A stretch of DNA of 64,000 bases from Escherichia phage EJP2, in sequence record OQ411014.1. One strand, written 5' to 3'. Made by a program: the position numbers and the translations under genes. The notes beneath the pieces are model-generated. The model saw only the letters and a program-made list of their open reading frames with translations, was not told where the DNA came from and did not search any database. Positions 32,048-41,720 of this stretch are shown here, in pieces; within the stretch, counting starts at the first letter, position 1; each line of letters opens with the position of its first letter.

Positions 32048-32605
32048 ATGCTACAAGAAATCCAAACACTAATTACACAAATTGAAAACTTCCTACAAGA
32101 AAAAGAAGGTTTCAGTGCAGAAGTCCACACTGCTGGTGCAGTACTGAAAGTTCATGAACCATCTGGTAATGAAGTACAGTACGATGGGTATGAACTACTC
32201 CTTTACACTCTAGCTTCACGTAAACTCGGTCATGAGATCAAACTAAGCGTAGTGAAAGATGAAAAAGGTAATGATACGTTCCGTATCAATTCAGGTGCTA
32301 ATTATGACCTTGATAAATATATTGCAGAAGTAAACAGTACAGTACTGTCTAAAGTGAAAGCTAAAGATGTACACGCAGTAGTAATGAGCCGTCAAACTGG
32401 TTCAGTAGAATTCCCGTACTGTATCAATACATTCTTTGAAGGTGGTTCTTGGTTGCGTTATGACGTAACTATGCCTGAAATGCTATATGCAGCTATTCAT
32501 GAACTACCAGTAGAAGAACAGTCTGACAAGTCATTCGCGTTTACTAAACTACGTAACATCACTGAAACTCTACGCGTAGAGATTGAAGAATTTCTCAAAA
32601 AATAA
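32048..32605 (+). CDS. hypothetical protein
   Basis: 185-aa ORF. Confidence 0.6.
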   Translation: MLQEIQTLITQIENFLQEKEGFSAEVHTAGAVLKVHEPSGNEVQYDGYELLLYTLASRKLGHEIKLSVVKDEKGNDTFRINSGANYDLDKYIAEVNSTVLSKVKAKDVHAVVMSRQTGSVEFPYCINTFFEGGSWLRYDVTMPEMLYAAIHELPVEEQSDKSFAFTKLRNITETLRVEIEEFLKK

Positions 32606-32609
32606 ATAA

Positions 32610-32643
32610 ATTTTTGAACATTTCAGAAAAAATGTGATATAAT
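32610..32643 (+). promoter_or_regulatory. extended -10 promoter (TGTGATATAAT at 32633-32643)
   Basis: exact recurring 11-mer, upstream of tRNA. Confidence 0.55.
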
Positions 32644-32681
32644 ATAAGTACAGGAGATGAGAGTTCTCCTGTAACAAATTA

Positions 32682-32754
32682 GCTTGAATAGCTCAGTAGG
32701 TAGAGCAGCGTACTTGTAATACGAAGGTCGTGGGTTCAATTCCTGCTTCAAGCA
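32682..32754 (+). tRNA. tRNA-Thr (anticodon UGU)
   Basis: manual cloverleaf: acceptor GCTTGAA/TTCAAGC, D-arm TAGCTCAGTAGGTAGAGC, anticodon loop CTTGTAA, T-loop GGTTCAATTCC; no encoded CCA. Confidence 0.8.
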
Positions 32755-32803
32755 TTTATTCATACGATGATAATAAAAAATAAATATAGTCCTTGACAAT
32801 CTT

Positions 32804-32833
32804 ACCCAGAATTTGTATTCTGGGTTTTCTTTT
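32804..32833 (+). terminator. intrinsic terminator
   Basis: ACCCAGAAT / ATTCTGGGT perfect stem then TTTTCTTTT. Confidence 0.7.
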
Positions 32834-32855
32834 AACTAATCAAAAGGTAAATCCT

Positions 32856-33362
32856 ATGCAAATGACTTACGAAGATACAATGACTCATCTCAGTACTATT
32901 GATATTGAAAAGTTCACTCTAGAAGTCACTACTGGCGACCGCAACAAGAAGATGTGGTACAGTGAATATGAAAATCAAGATGACCTGTATGTTGTGGTTT
33001 CTGATAACAGTTCTTGGGGATTGGTATCAATCACAGTATTCACACCAAATGCTGACAGGACAGTTTTGCATCGCTTCAACCGTTCTATCCATCCTAAGCA
33101 CGAACTGGACGTGATGAAGATTGAATCAATTATGTTCGACTTTGGTGGAAATCGAGATGATAAAGCGGACATTCCAGCAGTGTGCATTCAAAACCTAAGT
33201 ACACTGAAGTCCGAGTCTGATTTCTTCAGTTATATCCTAATGAACAACATCAATGATATCACACATCAGAATATCGTTGACTTCATTGAATTCACTGATA
33301 AACTGTACAGTAAATGGGTAGAACAGTTCGGTGAACCATCTCTAGGAGACGAAGATGAGTGA
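32856..33362 (+). CDS. hypothetical protein
   Basis: start moved to ATG 32856 with AAAAGG RBS. Confidence 0.55.
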   Translation: MQMTYEDTMTHLSTIDIEKFTLEVTTGDRNKKMWYSEYENQDDLYVVVSDNSSWGLVSITVFTPNADRTVLHRFNRSIHPKHELDVMKIESIMFDFGGNRDDKADIPAVCIQNLSTLKSESDFFSYILMNNINDITHQNIVDFIEFTDKLYSKWVEQFGEPSLGDEDE

Positions 33363-33753
33363 AATTCAATCCAGATGTTATATAGTACTGAACAAAGAAC
33401 TCCAGATGCCTGTCGGTAAAGCTGCTGTACAGGTTGGTCATGCGATGGATCAGGTTTGGGGAGCTTTCTGTAATATGACTTCACAACCTACCATGTCTTT
33501 GTTGGGTAACCTGAAGTACATGGAAGACTTTTCCAAATGGAAAGATGAAGGCCGTAAGAAAGTAACACTAGGTGCTAAGAACGACGCTGAAGTTCAGAAA
33601 TATAAAGACAAACTCCTTGATGCGGGTTATACTGTGTTTGATATCGTTGACTACGGAATCAATTTCTTTGATGGTGTAACCAGGACTGGTATTGTAGTCT
33701 TTCCAGTACTGAATGCTATCCCTGAACTAAAACGTTTACAGGTATTCAAATGA
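33355..33753 (+). CDS. peptidyl-tRNA hydrolase, PTH2 family-like
   Basis: VGKAAVQVGHA and C-terminal GVTRTGIVVFPV parallel the PTH2 GKGKVAAQCSHA ... T..GIGP pattern. Confidence 0.65.
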   Translation: MSEIQSRCYIVLNKELQMPVGKAAVQVGHAMDQVWGAFCNMTSQPTMSLLGNLKYMEDFSKWKDEGRKKVTLGAKNDAEVQKYKDKLLDAGYTVFDIVDYGINFFDGVTRTGIVVFPVLNAIPELKRLQVFK

Positions 33754-34172
33754 AAGAATTCAACCGTGCAGAAGCTATAGCAGAGGCTTATGAGAAAATA
33801 AAAAACAATGAACTACGTCTAAAGGATGTATCTCAATCGAATAAGCATCGTGAAACTGACGAATACGTATTGTATTTCAACCCATATGCTGGTATGTTCA
33901 TCTTACGAATGAACTTGGAATGTATCCTAGATACAAACCAGAATCGGACGTTATTATTTTATTCGACCGATGAACCAGATGAAGCATTAGTACCAGTACA
34001 GAACGGTATTGGTAGTATAATTGTACACCCTTATAAATCTGAAGCTGAACAGTTCCAGCGTACTTTGGTCGAAGAAGATTATCCTGACGTTGAAACTATG
34101 AAACAGATTCAATATATTGTTGAGTATATCAAAAGTACACATTTCGGAGGCGTTGATGCAGTACAAGAATAG
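33750..34172 (+). CDS. hypothetical protein
   Basis: 140-aa ORF. Confidence 0.55.
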   Translation: MKEFNRAEAIAEAYEKIKNNELRLKDVSQSNKHRETDEYVLYFNPYAGMFILRMNLECILDTNQNRTLLFYSTDEPDEALVPVQNGIGSIIVHPYKSEAEQFQRTLVEEDYPDVETMKQIQYIVEYIKSTHFGGVDAVQE

Positions 34173-34521
34173 TTATGCAGTCCAACTCGGTACTATGCTG
34201 GCTTTTACTTTCCTGAACGGTTTGTTTGCGTTCTTTTCTCCTAGTACTCCAGAAGTACCAGCACAGGGTCAAGAGAAAGTACTCAAGATTGAAACCATCC
34301 GTCAGGACGTAACTTCATACACTCAAGTACTGAAAAAAGCCGATACGTGTGAAAAGGTAACTGATAAAGAAGAAAATGATTTCTATAGTTGTCCTGACAG
34401 TACTACTATTTCTATGGTACACTGGACTCGTAGCCCAGACCGTAAAGGTGTGGTAACAAAATACTATGACAAGGATAAGAACCTGTTGATGATCTATGGT
34501 CATCCAGATGATGTTTACTAA
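34156..34521 (+). CDS. hypothetical protein with signal-peptide-like N-terminus
   Basis: start moved to ATG 34156 with GGAGG RBS; hydrophobic N-terminus. Confidence 0.5.
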   Translation: MQYKNSYAVQLGTMLAFTFLNGLFAFFSPSTPEVPAQGQEKVLKIETIRQDVTSYTQVLKKADTCEKVTDKEENDFYSCPDSTTISMVHWTRSPDRKGVVTKYYDKDKNLLMIYGHPDDVY

Positions 34522-34530
34522 GGATATATA

Positions 34531-34968
34531 ATGCAATCGTACTTCTCCATAATTACCGATGTACTCGCAGAATATACCAAACCAGAACAGTGGACACCAA
34601 TCAAATCAGACGTAGGAGAACGCTACCGTTCAGTACTGGATGGTAGTGTCCTGTCCGTATCTAAAGCATTGATTGGTTTCATTTACAATGGAGACAAAGC
34701 ACCAGTCCAGGAATTGACTGTGAACATTTTTGCTAACTCGAAGTATTTTGTATTTGTAGACCGAAATACCAACAAGGTAAGAATAAAGACCAGTGTAGGC
34801 AGTACTGGTATTATGACGAGTAAGGTACTTTCTACTTTAGTTCCAGAAGATGAGTATTTTCATTTGATGTTATCATCTGATGAGTATCAGATATCCTATG
34901 AAGAGCAGAAAATATTGCTCAAGTTCATAGAACTCGCAAAGTGGGTACACAGGAAAAATAATCGTTGA
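34531..34968 (+). CDS. hypothetical protein
   Basis: 145-aa ORF. Confidence 0.55.
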   Translation: MQSYFSIITDVLAEYTKPEQWTPIKSDVGERYRSVLDGSVLSVSKALIGFIYNGDKAPVQELTVNIFANSKYFVFVDRNTNKVRIKTSVGSTGIMTSKVLSTLVPEDEYFHLMLSSDEYQISYEEQKILLKFIELAKWVHRKNNR

Positions 34969-34993
34969 CAGTACTGCTAGGTGTGCGTATAAT
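34965..34993 (+). promoter_or_regulatory. consensus sigma70 promoter (TTGACA-17-TATAAT), spacer contains CAGTACTG
   Basis: TTGACA 34965-34970, TATAAT 34988-34993. Confidence 0.6.
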
Positions 34994-35033
34994 CACTTCA
35001 TAACGAAATGACTTAAACACTAAGGATAACAAA

Positions 35034-35291
35034 ATGGCTAACGTAATTCGCTCTCGAAAAATGATTTCTGGTAATGACCTTCGCTATCTGAACAACTATC
35101 GTCATCTTTTCCAACAGTTGGGTAAAGGTGTAAAAATGACAGTTATTACTGATACCATTCAGGAACCAGAAGACATTTTTGGTGTATACCATAGCGTTTT
35201 CAATCTATACATCAAACGTGGTCTGTTGGACGTAAAAACCATTACTGAAATTGATGACGATGAAGAGATGGAGAATTTCCTGTTCCTATGA
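35034..35291 (+). CDS. hypothetical protein
   Basis: 85-aa ORF with AAGGA RBS. Confidence 0.55.
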   Translation: MANVIRSRKMISGNDLRYLNNYRHLFQQLGKGVKMTVITDTIQEPEDIFGVYHSVFNLYIKRGLLDVKTITEIDDDEEMENFLFL

Positions 35292-35434
35292 ATAATGAAT
35301 ACTACAATGCTTGGTCGTACGCGATTGAGTTTTGTCGAAAGTACGACATATGCACGAGTACTAAAAAATGGAAACCGTGGGAGAAGAAATTCTTCTTCTA
35401 CATTTATAACCTAAAATTAGGACGTGAGGTGTAA
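35288..35434 (+). CDS. small ORF (48 aa), unlisted in ORF track
   Basis: ATG overlaps upstream stop (ATGA); in-frame to TAA at 35432-35434; speculative. Confidence 0.3.
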   Translation: MNNEYYNAWSYAIEFCRKYDICTSTKKWKPWEKKFFFYIYNLKLGREV

Positions 35435-35454
35435 CATGCCAGAACCATTAGATC

Positions 35455-35973
35455 GTGATGATGATTTCATGGATGAACGCTATGGTGATAAGGATGAGTA
35501 GATTCCTTACACTAGCTGATGTAATCAAGGAGGCTAATGATTATCTTGACAGTAAACCAGTGTTCAATGATAATGCAAAGGATACAAGAACATCTTTCGT
35601 CCCGAATTTGATTAACACTGCGTACGCTAATATTATTGACGTATTCGTGTGTCCACGCTATGCTATTTTCAAATTCCGTGATGTTGAGAATCTCGTGGAG
35701 TATCAACTATCAGTTCTTCCGTGGCGTAGTGGATTTTCGTTTATGTCATGGGATGATAGTTATATTGATGACGGTGAAGACATGCGGCATCTTTCAATGG
35801 GGTTTATTACATCAGAAGAACAGTTCTTCCAAGAATCGTTGAAACGTGATTTGTCATGGGTAGAATTGGTTGACGTTATCAATGCCAAGAAACTTCATGA
35901 CCGCATCTTTGAGTACTATGGTATTACACCATGTGATGATGAGCAGGACCAACTAGGTGACGTATACAAATGA
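35455..35973 (+). CDS. hypothetical protein, paralog family A (C-terminal SEEQFFQESL)
   Basis: family motif near C-terminus; true start may be ATG 35494. Confidence 0.55.
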   Translation: MMMISWMNAMVIRMSRFLTLADVIKEANDYLDSKPVFNDNAKDTRTSFVPNLINTAYANIIDVFVCPRYAIFKFRDVENLVEYQLSVLPWRSGFSFMSWDDSYIDDGEDMRHLSMGFITSEEQFFQESLKRDLSWVELVDVINAKKLHDRIFEYYGITPCDDEQDQLGDVYK

Positions 35974-36488
35974 AAGTAGAACCGTTCAGTACTGAATTTA
36001 TGCTGGTGGACGTATCACTCTCCAATTTCAAGCGTACTATGCGAAATTCTGGAGTGCACTATTATCGTTTTAAGAATAAACGATTAGTGCATGATACGAT
36101 TCATAACACTGTAAAACTTGTATGTGAATATCAGATTGATGAAGATACTCACACAAACCAAGTTCTGCACTTCAATTACAAAACTAACGAGTTGACTGCA
36201 CTCTTTACTGTAGTTCACAATAAAGTCAAGGAAAAATTCGTAGGTAAATATAAGTTCACGCTAGACGAATGTGAGTACTTCTTACTAAGTTTATCTGCGG
36301 AGAAATATTTTCCTAGTCTACAAGATTTAGTTCAAATCAATTCAGTAGTTCAAGAATTGAAAGAAGATGTGAAGTCTTGGGATGAAGAGATGACCGCTGC
36401 CGCATATAAGCGTCGTGTTGAGAGTTTTCATAAATGGGAAATGAAAACAGGTCGGAAGTTATTTCATTATAATAGTAAGGCAAAATAA
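35970..36488 (+). CDS. hypothetical protein
   Basis: 172-aa ORF. Confidence 0.55.
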   Translation: MKVEPFSTEFMLVDVSLSNFKRTMRNSGVHYYRFKNKRLVHDTIHNTVKLVCEYQIDEDTHTNQVLHFNYKTNELTALFTVVHNKVKEKFVGKYKFTLDECEYFLLSLSAEKYFPSLQDLVQINSVVQELKEDVKSWDEEMTAAAYKRRVESFHKWEMKTGRKLFHYNSKAK

Positions 36489-36742
36489 TGAGTGAATATT
36501 CAAACGTATTGAAAGCAATCATTGCTGATTTGGGCGAAGATTGTGCTAATGTTTCCGAAGAAGAATACCAGTTGTGGAAGATGAACTATGAAAGTCTCCC
36601 AGAGCATGATAAAGTATTCAATCTTCTAGGTGCAATGTCACAGTACTTGACTTGTGCATCTAAAGCTAGTGCAAGTATCTTAGCTACTGCGGTAGTTTGC
36701 ACAGAACGTTGGTGTAACGAAAAAGATTTGGAGAATTTCTAA
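36488..36742 (+). CDS. hypothetical protein
   Basis: 84-aa ORF. Confidence 0.5.
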   Translation: MSEYSNVLKAIIADLGEDCANVSEEEYQLWKMNYESLPEHDKVFNLLGAMSQYLTCASKASASILATAVVCTERWCNEKDLENF

Positions 36743-36760
36743 TATATAAAAGGATTTTAT

Positions 36761-37618
36761 ATGCAACCAATAACAGTACTTAGTCTGTTCAATGGAATGT
36801 CAGGCGGGATGCTTGCTTTAAACGAAGCACAAATACCCGTACATAAGTACTATTCATCTGAGATAGATAAGTTCGCAAACGCTGAGTCCCAAGCGAATTT
36901 CCCTGATATAGTCCAGTTGGGTGATGTTACCAAGTGGAAGGAATGGGATATTGAATGGGACAAAATAGATCTACTCATGGGTGGATTTCCATGCCAGGCA
37001 TGGTCTGTGGCTGGTAAACAGGGTGGAACGAACGATCCACGTGGAATGCTATTCCATACTATGGTTGATATCTATCATCATATTAAGGCGTTGAATCCGA
37101 ACTTGAAAGTACTGTTCGAGAACGTCAAGATGAAAGAAGACTTCAAGCAATACATTGATGGTATCTTAGGAATGACACCTAAGATGATCAACTCTCAAAA
37201 CTACACTGCTCACTATCGCCAGCGATATTACTGGTACTCATCTGATAAGTACTTTATCCCGCCTCCTATCATGTCTTCCCCTTCACTGCAATCAATTCTT
37301 GATAGTGATTACACTGATAGAGAGAAATCGTACTGTATAGATGCGAACTATTGGAAGGGTGGAGATCCTAACCAGTACTTCAACAAGTCCAGGCGGCAGA
37401 TGGTGTTCATGGACCCTGATATTGATAGAGAGTACCTTATTGAAAAGGGTATAAACAAGATTGACTATCGTAAGCTAAGTGTAGTAGAATGTTGTCGTTG
37501 TCAGGGAGTGCCGGATGATTACTTTAAAGTGTCCAGCAATACCCAAGCGTACAAGATGTTAGGTAACGGGTGGACTATCCCAGTCATCGCTCACTTATTA
37601 CGTGATATATTCTTTTGA
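36761..37618 (+). CDS. DNA (cytosine-5)-methyltransferase, orphan
   Basis: motif I LFNGMSGG, motif IV GFPCQAWSVAG, motif VI ENV; no adjacent restriction endonuclease candidate. Confidence 0.85.
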   Translation: MQPITVLSLFNGMSGGMLALNEAQIPVHKYYSSEIDKFANAESQANFPDIVQLGDVTKWKEWDIEWDKIDLLMGGFPCQAWSVAGKQGGTNDPRGMLFHTMVDIYHHIKALNPNLKVLFENVKMKEDFKQYIDGILGMTPKMINSQNYTAHYRQRYYWYSSDKYFIPPPIMSSPSLQSILDSDYTDREKSYCIDANYWKGGDPNQYFNKSRRQMVFMDPDIDREYLIEKGINKIDYRKLSVVECCRCQGVPDDYFKVSSNTQAYKMLGNGWTIPVIAHLLRDIFF

Positions 37619-37648
37619 TATAATACTATGACTTACAAAGGAGAGCAT

Positions 37649-38218
37649 ATGAACTTTATCAAGTTCAATACATCTGAGTCAGAAGCATACTTTGATACAA
37701 ATAATAAATTCAATATTATTCTAAAAGACGGAACAGTTATTATCGGAGTATCATTACTATCATTTGATGGTGAAAACCGCAAAACTGTTTATAAATTCAC
37801 CAATCTTGATGGTGATTACTGGGATACATCAGATGTATCTAAAATTTGCACACATTATGTATTTGAATCAATTGAAGTTGGTGATGGATGGGCGTTGACT
37901 TGTAATGGTAATAAAGTATTTTCTGGTAACATATTTGGGGTAATCACCGAAAAGGAAATAGTAGACCATCATCTTCATGTCCTCAATGATACTGCTAACA
38001 CTTATACACCTGATAATATCAACCTTCGCGATATTGTAACATATACTGATTGTAATGGTTTCAGTCATAAAGCAATCGTAACTGAAGTCAAAAAACCAAG
38101 AAATTATTTCGACCACGGTGTAATTGAAGTATATATGGTAGATGTTGATAAACAATACTTTGAACATTTCACTTATACTGGTTGGGATAAATTCCTAACC
38201 GTTATTGAAGAATATTAG
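37649..38218 (+). CDS. hypothetical protein
   Basis: start moved to ATG 37649 with AGGAGAG RBS. Confidence 0.55.
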   Translation: MNFIKFNTSESEAYFDTNNKFNIILKDGTVIIGVSLLSFDGENRKTVYKFTNLDGDYWDTSDVSKICTHYVFESIEVGDGWALTCNGNKVFSGNIFGVITEKEIVDHHLHVLNDTANTYTPDNINLRDIVTYTDCNGFSHKAIVTEVKKPRNYFDHGVIEVYMVDVDKQYFEHFTYTGWDKFLTVIEEY

Positions 38219-38272
38219 GATTACTCGTGTTCTTGATACATTTTTTACTAATTCAATGAGGTTTTTTATAGT

Positions 38273-38791
38273 ATGCCAAATACAAACAATTACAATATTC
38301 CGTCACTTGCTACTGCCAAATCAGACCGCATTAGTGAACAAAAAGAATATGTGAAACGCCGTACGGATGGTGGTTTTTGTCCAGAAAAGGGTGACCGCGT
38401 ATTCTTCCAAACAACCGACCGTGATGGTAATATTGGTCGCAGTGGTTATGGTAAAGTTAGTGGTAAACATCAGTACAGTTCAAAACACTACATGTACTTT
38501 ATAGACTGTGATGATGCTACAATAGAGAATGTTGTTGTTGGACATCCTAGTGGTTTCTATCCAAAGGACTTTATCCAGTTGGAATCAATGTATAATAAAG
38601 ATAAAGAACTCAAACCTGAAGTTGTACCAAAAGAATACTTTGGTCTATATGACTTCAGAACTCAACGAGTTGAACTTGGAAGTCTATTCACATACCGTTC
38701 TGATACGTTTGAGTATGCAACATCGAAGTACGGAAACCCATTACCACATAATTTAACGATTCGTGCATTCATCATACACGAAAAGTTATAA
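38273..38791 (+). CDS. hypothetical protein
   Basis: 172-aa ORF followed by terminator. Confidence 0.55.
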   Translation: MPNTNNYNIPSLATAKSDRISEQKEYVKRRTDGGFCPEKGDRVFFQTTDRDGNIGRSGYGKVSGKHQYSSKHYMYFIDCDDATIENVVVGHPSGFYPKDFIQLESMYNKDKELKPEVVPKEYFGLYDFRTQRVELGSLFTYRSDTFEYATSKYGNPLPHNLTIRAFIIHEKL

Positions 38792-38798
38792 ATCATAC

Positions 38799-38823
38799 GG
38801 AGTCTTTTTTTAGACTCCTTTTA
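38799..38823 (+). terminator. intrinsic terminator
   Basis: GGAGTCT / AGACTCC stem, T6 loop, then TTTT. Confidence 0.65.
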
Positions 38824-38850
38824 AATTGAATATCCACACTAGGAGTTGTA

Positions 38851-39231
38851 ATGAATCAATTAGATTGGCTAGACAAAGCTCTTGAAAAGATGCGAGCCGA
38901 AGATCCTGAAGTCCTGCACAGAAAGTTATTCGGATTTAGTGCCGCCGAATTTGAACAGTACTGCAACGATTTGACATTCTTTGATGAAGCCAAAACTGTT
39001 CTTGACTTTATGAAGAGCAAAGACTACACGATCATTAACATCTATGATACTGATGATTTTGAGTTACCTTCTCGGATGTTCTTACATTATTTCGAATCTT
39101 ACTGTACTGAAGGATACGATGAATCCTTTTGGAGTGGGTATGGTGCACATACATTGACACATGATGAATTGCAGTTACAATATCTTTTCGTTAATGGTCA
39201 GGGGACTGAACATTTCTTTCGGATTATCTAA
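38851..39231 (+). CDS. hypothetical protein
   Basis: 126-aa ORF with AGGAG RBS. Confidence 0.55.
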   Translation: MNQLDWLDKALEKMRAEDPEVLHRKLFGFSAAEFEQYCNDLTFFDEAKTVLDFMKSKDYTIINIYDTDDFELPSRMFLHYFESYCTEGYDESFWSGYGAHTLTHDELQLQYLFVNGQGTEHFFRII

Positions 39232-39233
39232 CT

Positions 39234-39602
39234 ATGTATGAAGATTACAAAGTAGTACTGGAACCTAAACATCTTGTAAAAATAAAACAAATTTATAAAA
39301 GAGCACATGAGTCCAATGAACCACATTCTTACATTGTAAATAACACAATGTTTTATCTGTGTAAGGGTTTTGCAACAATGACTCGTTCTGGTGGTAATTT
39401 TTATGTAATTTCACAAATGCATAATGACCACATAGAAATCTTCAAAATGAGTTCAATGGGAAAAATTACACATAGCCATACACTCAAATATTGTAATGAT
39501 GAAGACTATTTGTTTCAACTTTCCCTTGTGTGTGATTTTGATTTGACATTAGACGATATGAATCTTATGATTGGTATCCGAGACAATATAGTAAAGGAAT
39601 AA
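39234..39602 (+). CDS. hypothetical protein
   Basis: 122-aa ORF. Confidence 0.55.
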   Translation: MYEDYKVVLEPKHLVKIKQIYKRAHESNEPHSYIVNNTMFYLCKGFATMTRSGGNFYVISQMHNDHIEIFKMSSMGKITHSHTLKYCNDEDYLFQLSLVCDFDLTLDDMNLMIGIRDNIVKE

Positions 39603-39603
39603 A

Positions 39604-39816
39604 ATGAAATACCTAATAAAAGAAGTGTTTGCATTTCTGTATGTGTTGCTGTTGAGTATAGGCTCAATTACGTTAGCTCTTACTCCTTCAATTGTGTACC
39701 AATTCATTTGTGTATCAAATGATTATAACTTCGATGAAACGATCCATTTCACATTACGTGTTTTTGGCTTCATTGTGTGGTTATGTGCATTTAGTTATTT
39801 TATGAACAGGAAATAA
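39604..39816 (+). CDS. small membrane protein
   Basis: 70 aa, two hydrophobic segments. Confidence 0.5.
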   Translation: MKYLIKEVFAFLYVLLLSIGSITLALTPSIVYQFICVSNDYNFDETIHFTLRVFGFIVWLCAFSYFMNRK

Positions 39817-39817
39817 T

Positions 39818-40117
39818 ATGAACAAGCACGAAGTAATTATCTTTGACCGGAAAGTATTCGTACCAACCGAGAACAGTACTGAATCGTACTATCTCATCAA
39901 TGAGATCATGTCCGCAACTAGTACTAGCTGTGAGCAGAAACCAGGTGAGTACATCTTCAGTCAGACCATTGGGTATTATCGTTACAAAGAAAAAGAACAT
40001 TTTGACATTGATTCTGAAAAAATCATTGCAGTACTGAAAGAATGTGGCTATAATGAATGTATTGAAAACGACACTACCTTACCAGTTGTCGTGTTTACAC
40101 TAAACCCAACCATCTAG
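39818..40117 (+). CDS. hypothetical protein
   Basis: 99-aa ORF. Confidence 0.55.
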   Translation: MNKHEVIIFDRKVFVPTENSTESYYLINEIMSATSTSCEQKPGEYIFSQTIGYYRYKEKEHFDIDSEKIIAVLKECGYNECIENDTTLPVVVFTLNPTI

Positions 40118-40126
40118 GATAACATT

Positions 40127-40405
40127 ATGCATTTCGAAAAATTCAACGCAAACCGTAACACACGTATTGAAATGTTGTTTGAAACTCAAGATACTATCAG
40201 TATTTGTACTAAGAGTGGTGATGTTTACCATGAATGTACTATTGAGTGGGAACAAGGCCGAACACGTTCTGTTGAGTTTGACAACTACCATTTCAAACAA
40301 GGCGACCGCAAGATCTGGCCTGAACTGGTAGAAAGCATTGCATATGAAGATGAAGATAAAGAATCTTTTATCAAAGAAAATCCAGAAAATGATGAAGATT
40401 TTTGA
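40127..40405 (+). CDS. hypothetical protein
   Basis: 92-aa ORF. Confidence 0.55.
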   Translation: MHFEKFNANRNTRIEMLFETQDTISICTKSGDVYHECTIEWEQGRTRSVEFDNYHFKQGDRKIWPELVESIAYEDEDKESFIKENPENDEDF

Positions 40406-40431
40406 GCATTTTGAAGAAAATGTGATATAAT
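40400..40431 (+). promoter_or_regulatory. extended -10 promoter (TGTGATATAAT at 40421-40431)
   Basis: exact recurring 11-mer upstream of tRNA pair. Confidence 0.55.
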
Positions 40432-40485
40432 ATAATTAAGAAAGGGACAACATGATGTTCTTTTCTTGTTAATAAATAGAATACA

Positions 40486-40576
<91 letters not shown>

Positions 40577-40689
40577 GTTTTCAAAAGGTAGCCGAAAGGC
40601 AAGTTTATAGGATTTACGGATAGTTATAAATCTGAATTGACAGCAACTCCTAACAGAGTTACTATCCGCTCCTATCTTTTCTTAATCCA

Positions 40690-40764
40690 CGGGGTATAGC
40701 TTAATGGATAAAGCAGTAACCTTCTAAGTTATTGATCTAAGTTCGATTCTTAGTATCCCGACCA
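40690..40764 (+). tRNA. tRNA-Arg (anticodon UCU)
   Basis: acceptor CGGGGTA/TATCCCG, anticodon stem GTAAC/GTTAT with loop CTTCTAA, T-arm CTAAG-TTCGATT-CTTAG, encoded CCA. Confidence 0.8.
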
Positions 40765-40779
40765 AATAAGAGACACAAC

Positions 40780-41286
40780 ATGAACTCCAGAATCTATAAA
40801 GAACTAACTAATATAATGTATGAATTTATGGATTTTGAAGTCCAGCTTGGTGTCATATGGGGTCACACCCAACCCCGTGCCACAGATTTGTTTGAAAACT
40901 GTGGCTATTTTGTTTCTGATTGGTCATGGTATGATGGTCACATTGTATCATTACTTTCTAAACAGTACCCAAATATTGAAATTGACTACGCTGCTTGTGC
41001 TGATTCTTATACATTTAGCAGTACTGAATTTCCTGGTTTGGCAATATGTATAGAAGAAGTTCCTAAGATAAGGACAGAGCCATCAGATCATATCTTTAAT
41101 AGAGTTCCAATTTATAAGGTACTTGAAAATAGGTCAGAAGAAGTACGTATTACTAATCCAACTCCAGAGTTCAGTGAGTTCGTACAAGAATTATGTCAGT
41201 GGGTGATGACATTTGACAAGTCAGAAGAACTTGATTATACTGTCAGTATATATGTACAAGAAAACATTGAGGTCACTGAACTATGA
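40780..41286 (+). CDS. hypothetical protein
   Basis: 168-aa ORF. Confidence 0.55.
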   Translation: MNSRIYKELTNIMYEFMDFEVQLGVIWGHTQPRATDLFENCGYFVSDWSWYDGHIVSLLSKQYPNIEIDYAACADSYTFSSTEFPGLAICIEEVPKIRTEPSDHIFNRVPIYKVLENRSEEVRITNPTPEFSEFVQELCQWVMTFDKSEELDYTVSIYVQENIEVTEL

Positions 41287-41720
41287 TCAATTATGAAGCA
41301 GTACTGAAATCATTTATACACTGGTTGAACGACGATATCGTATACAAAACCATTGTGCGTACTAGAAATGATGAATACATTCCTATTCAGTATTTGGATA
41401 AGAATGAAGATATCTTCTTAGATAATGAAAACCTACATTACAGTTATCAACACTGGGAATTGAACACAACTACCCAAGCTGAAAGCCTGACTTCGTACTT
41501 TGGTATTGATATAAATCGTGATGGTTCTATTGTTATATTATATAATCCATCAGGAAGTGTACGTGATAAAACTCCACCTGCACGATTTAATATTAGTACT
41601 ACAGAAGAGGAATTATTCCAACTTAGTACTATCCAAGAGGATTATGACGTAACGATGGAAGTACTGAAAGAGTTTGCTAAACTGCACGAGAAATATTTTG
41701 GGAACCTAGACGATGTGTAA
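41283..41720 (+). CDS. hypothetical protein, paralog family A (TEEELFQLST)
   Basis: family motif near C-terminus. Confidence 0.55.
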   Translation: MINYEAVLKSFIHWLNDDIVYKTIVRTRNDEYIPIQYLDKNEDIFLDNENLHYSYQHWELNTTTQAESLTSYFGIDINRDGSIVILYNPSGSVRDKTPPARFNISTTEEELFQLSTIQEDYDVTMEVLKEFAKLHEKYFGNLDDV

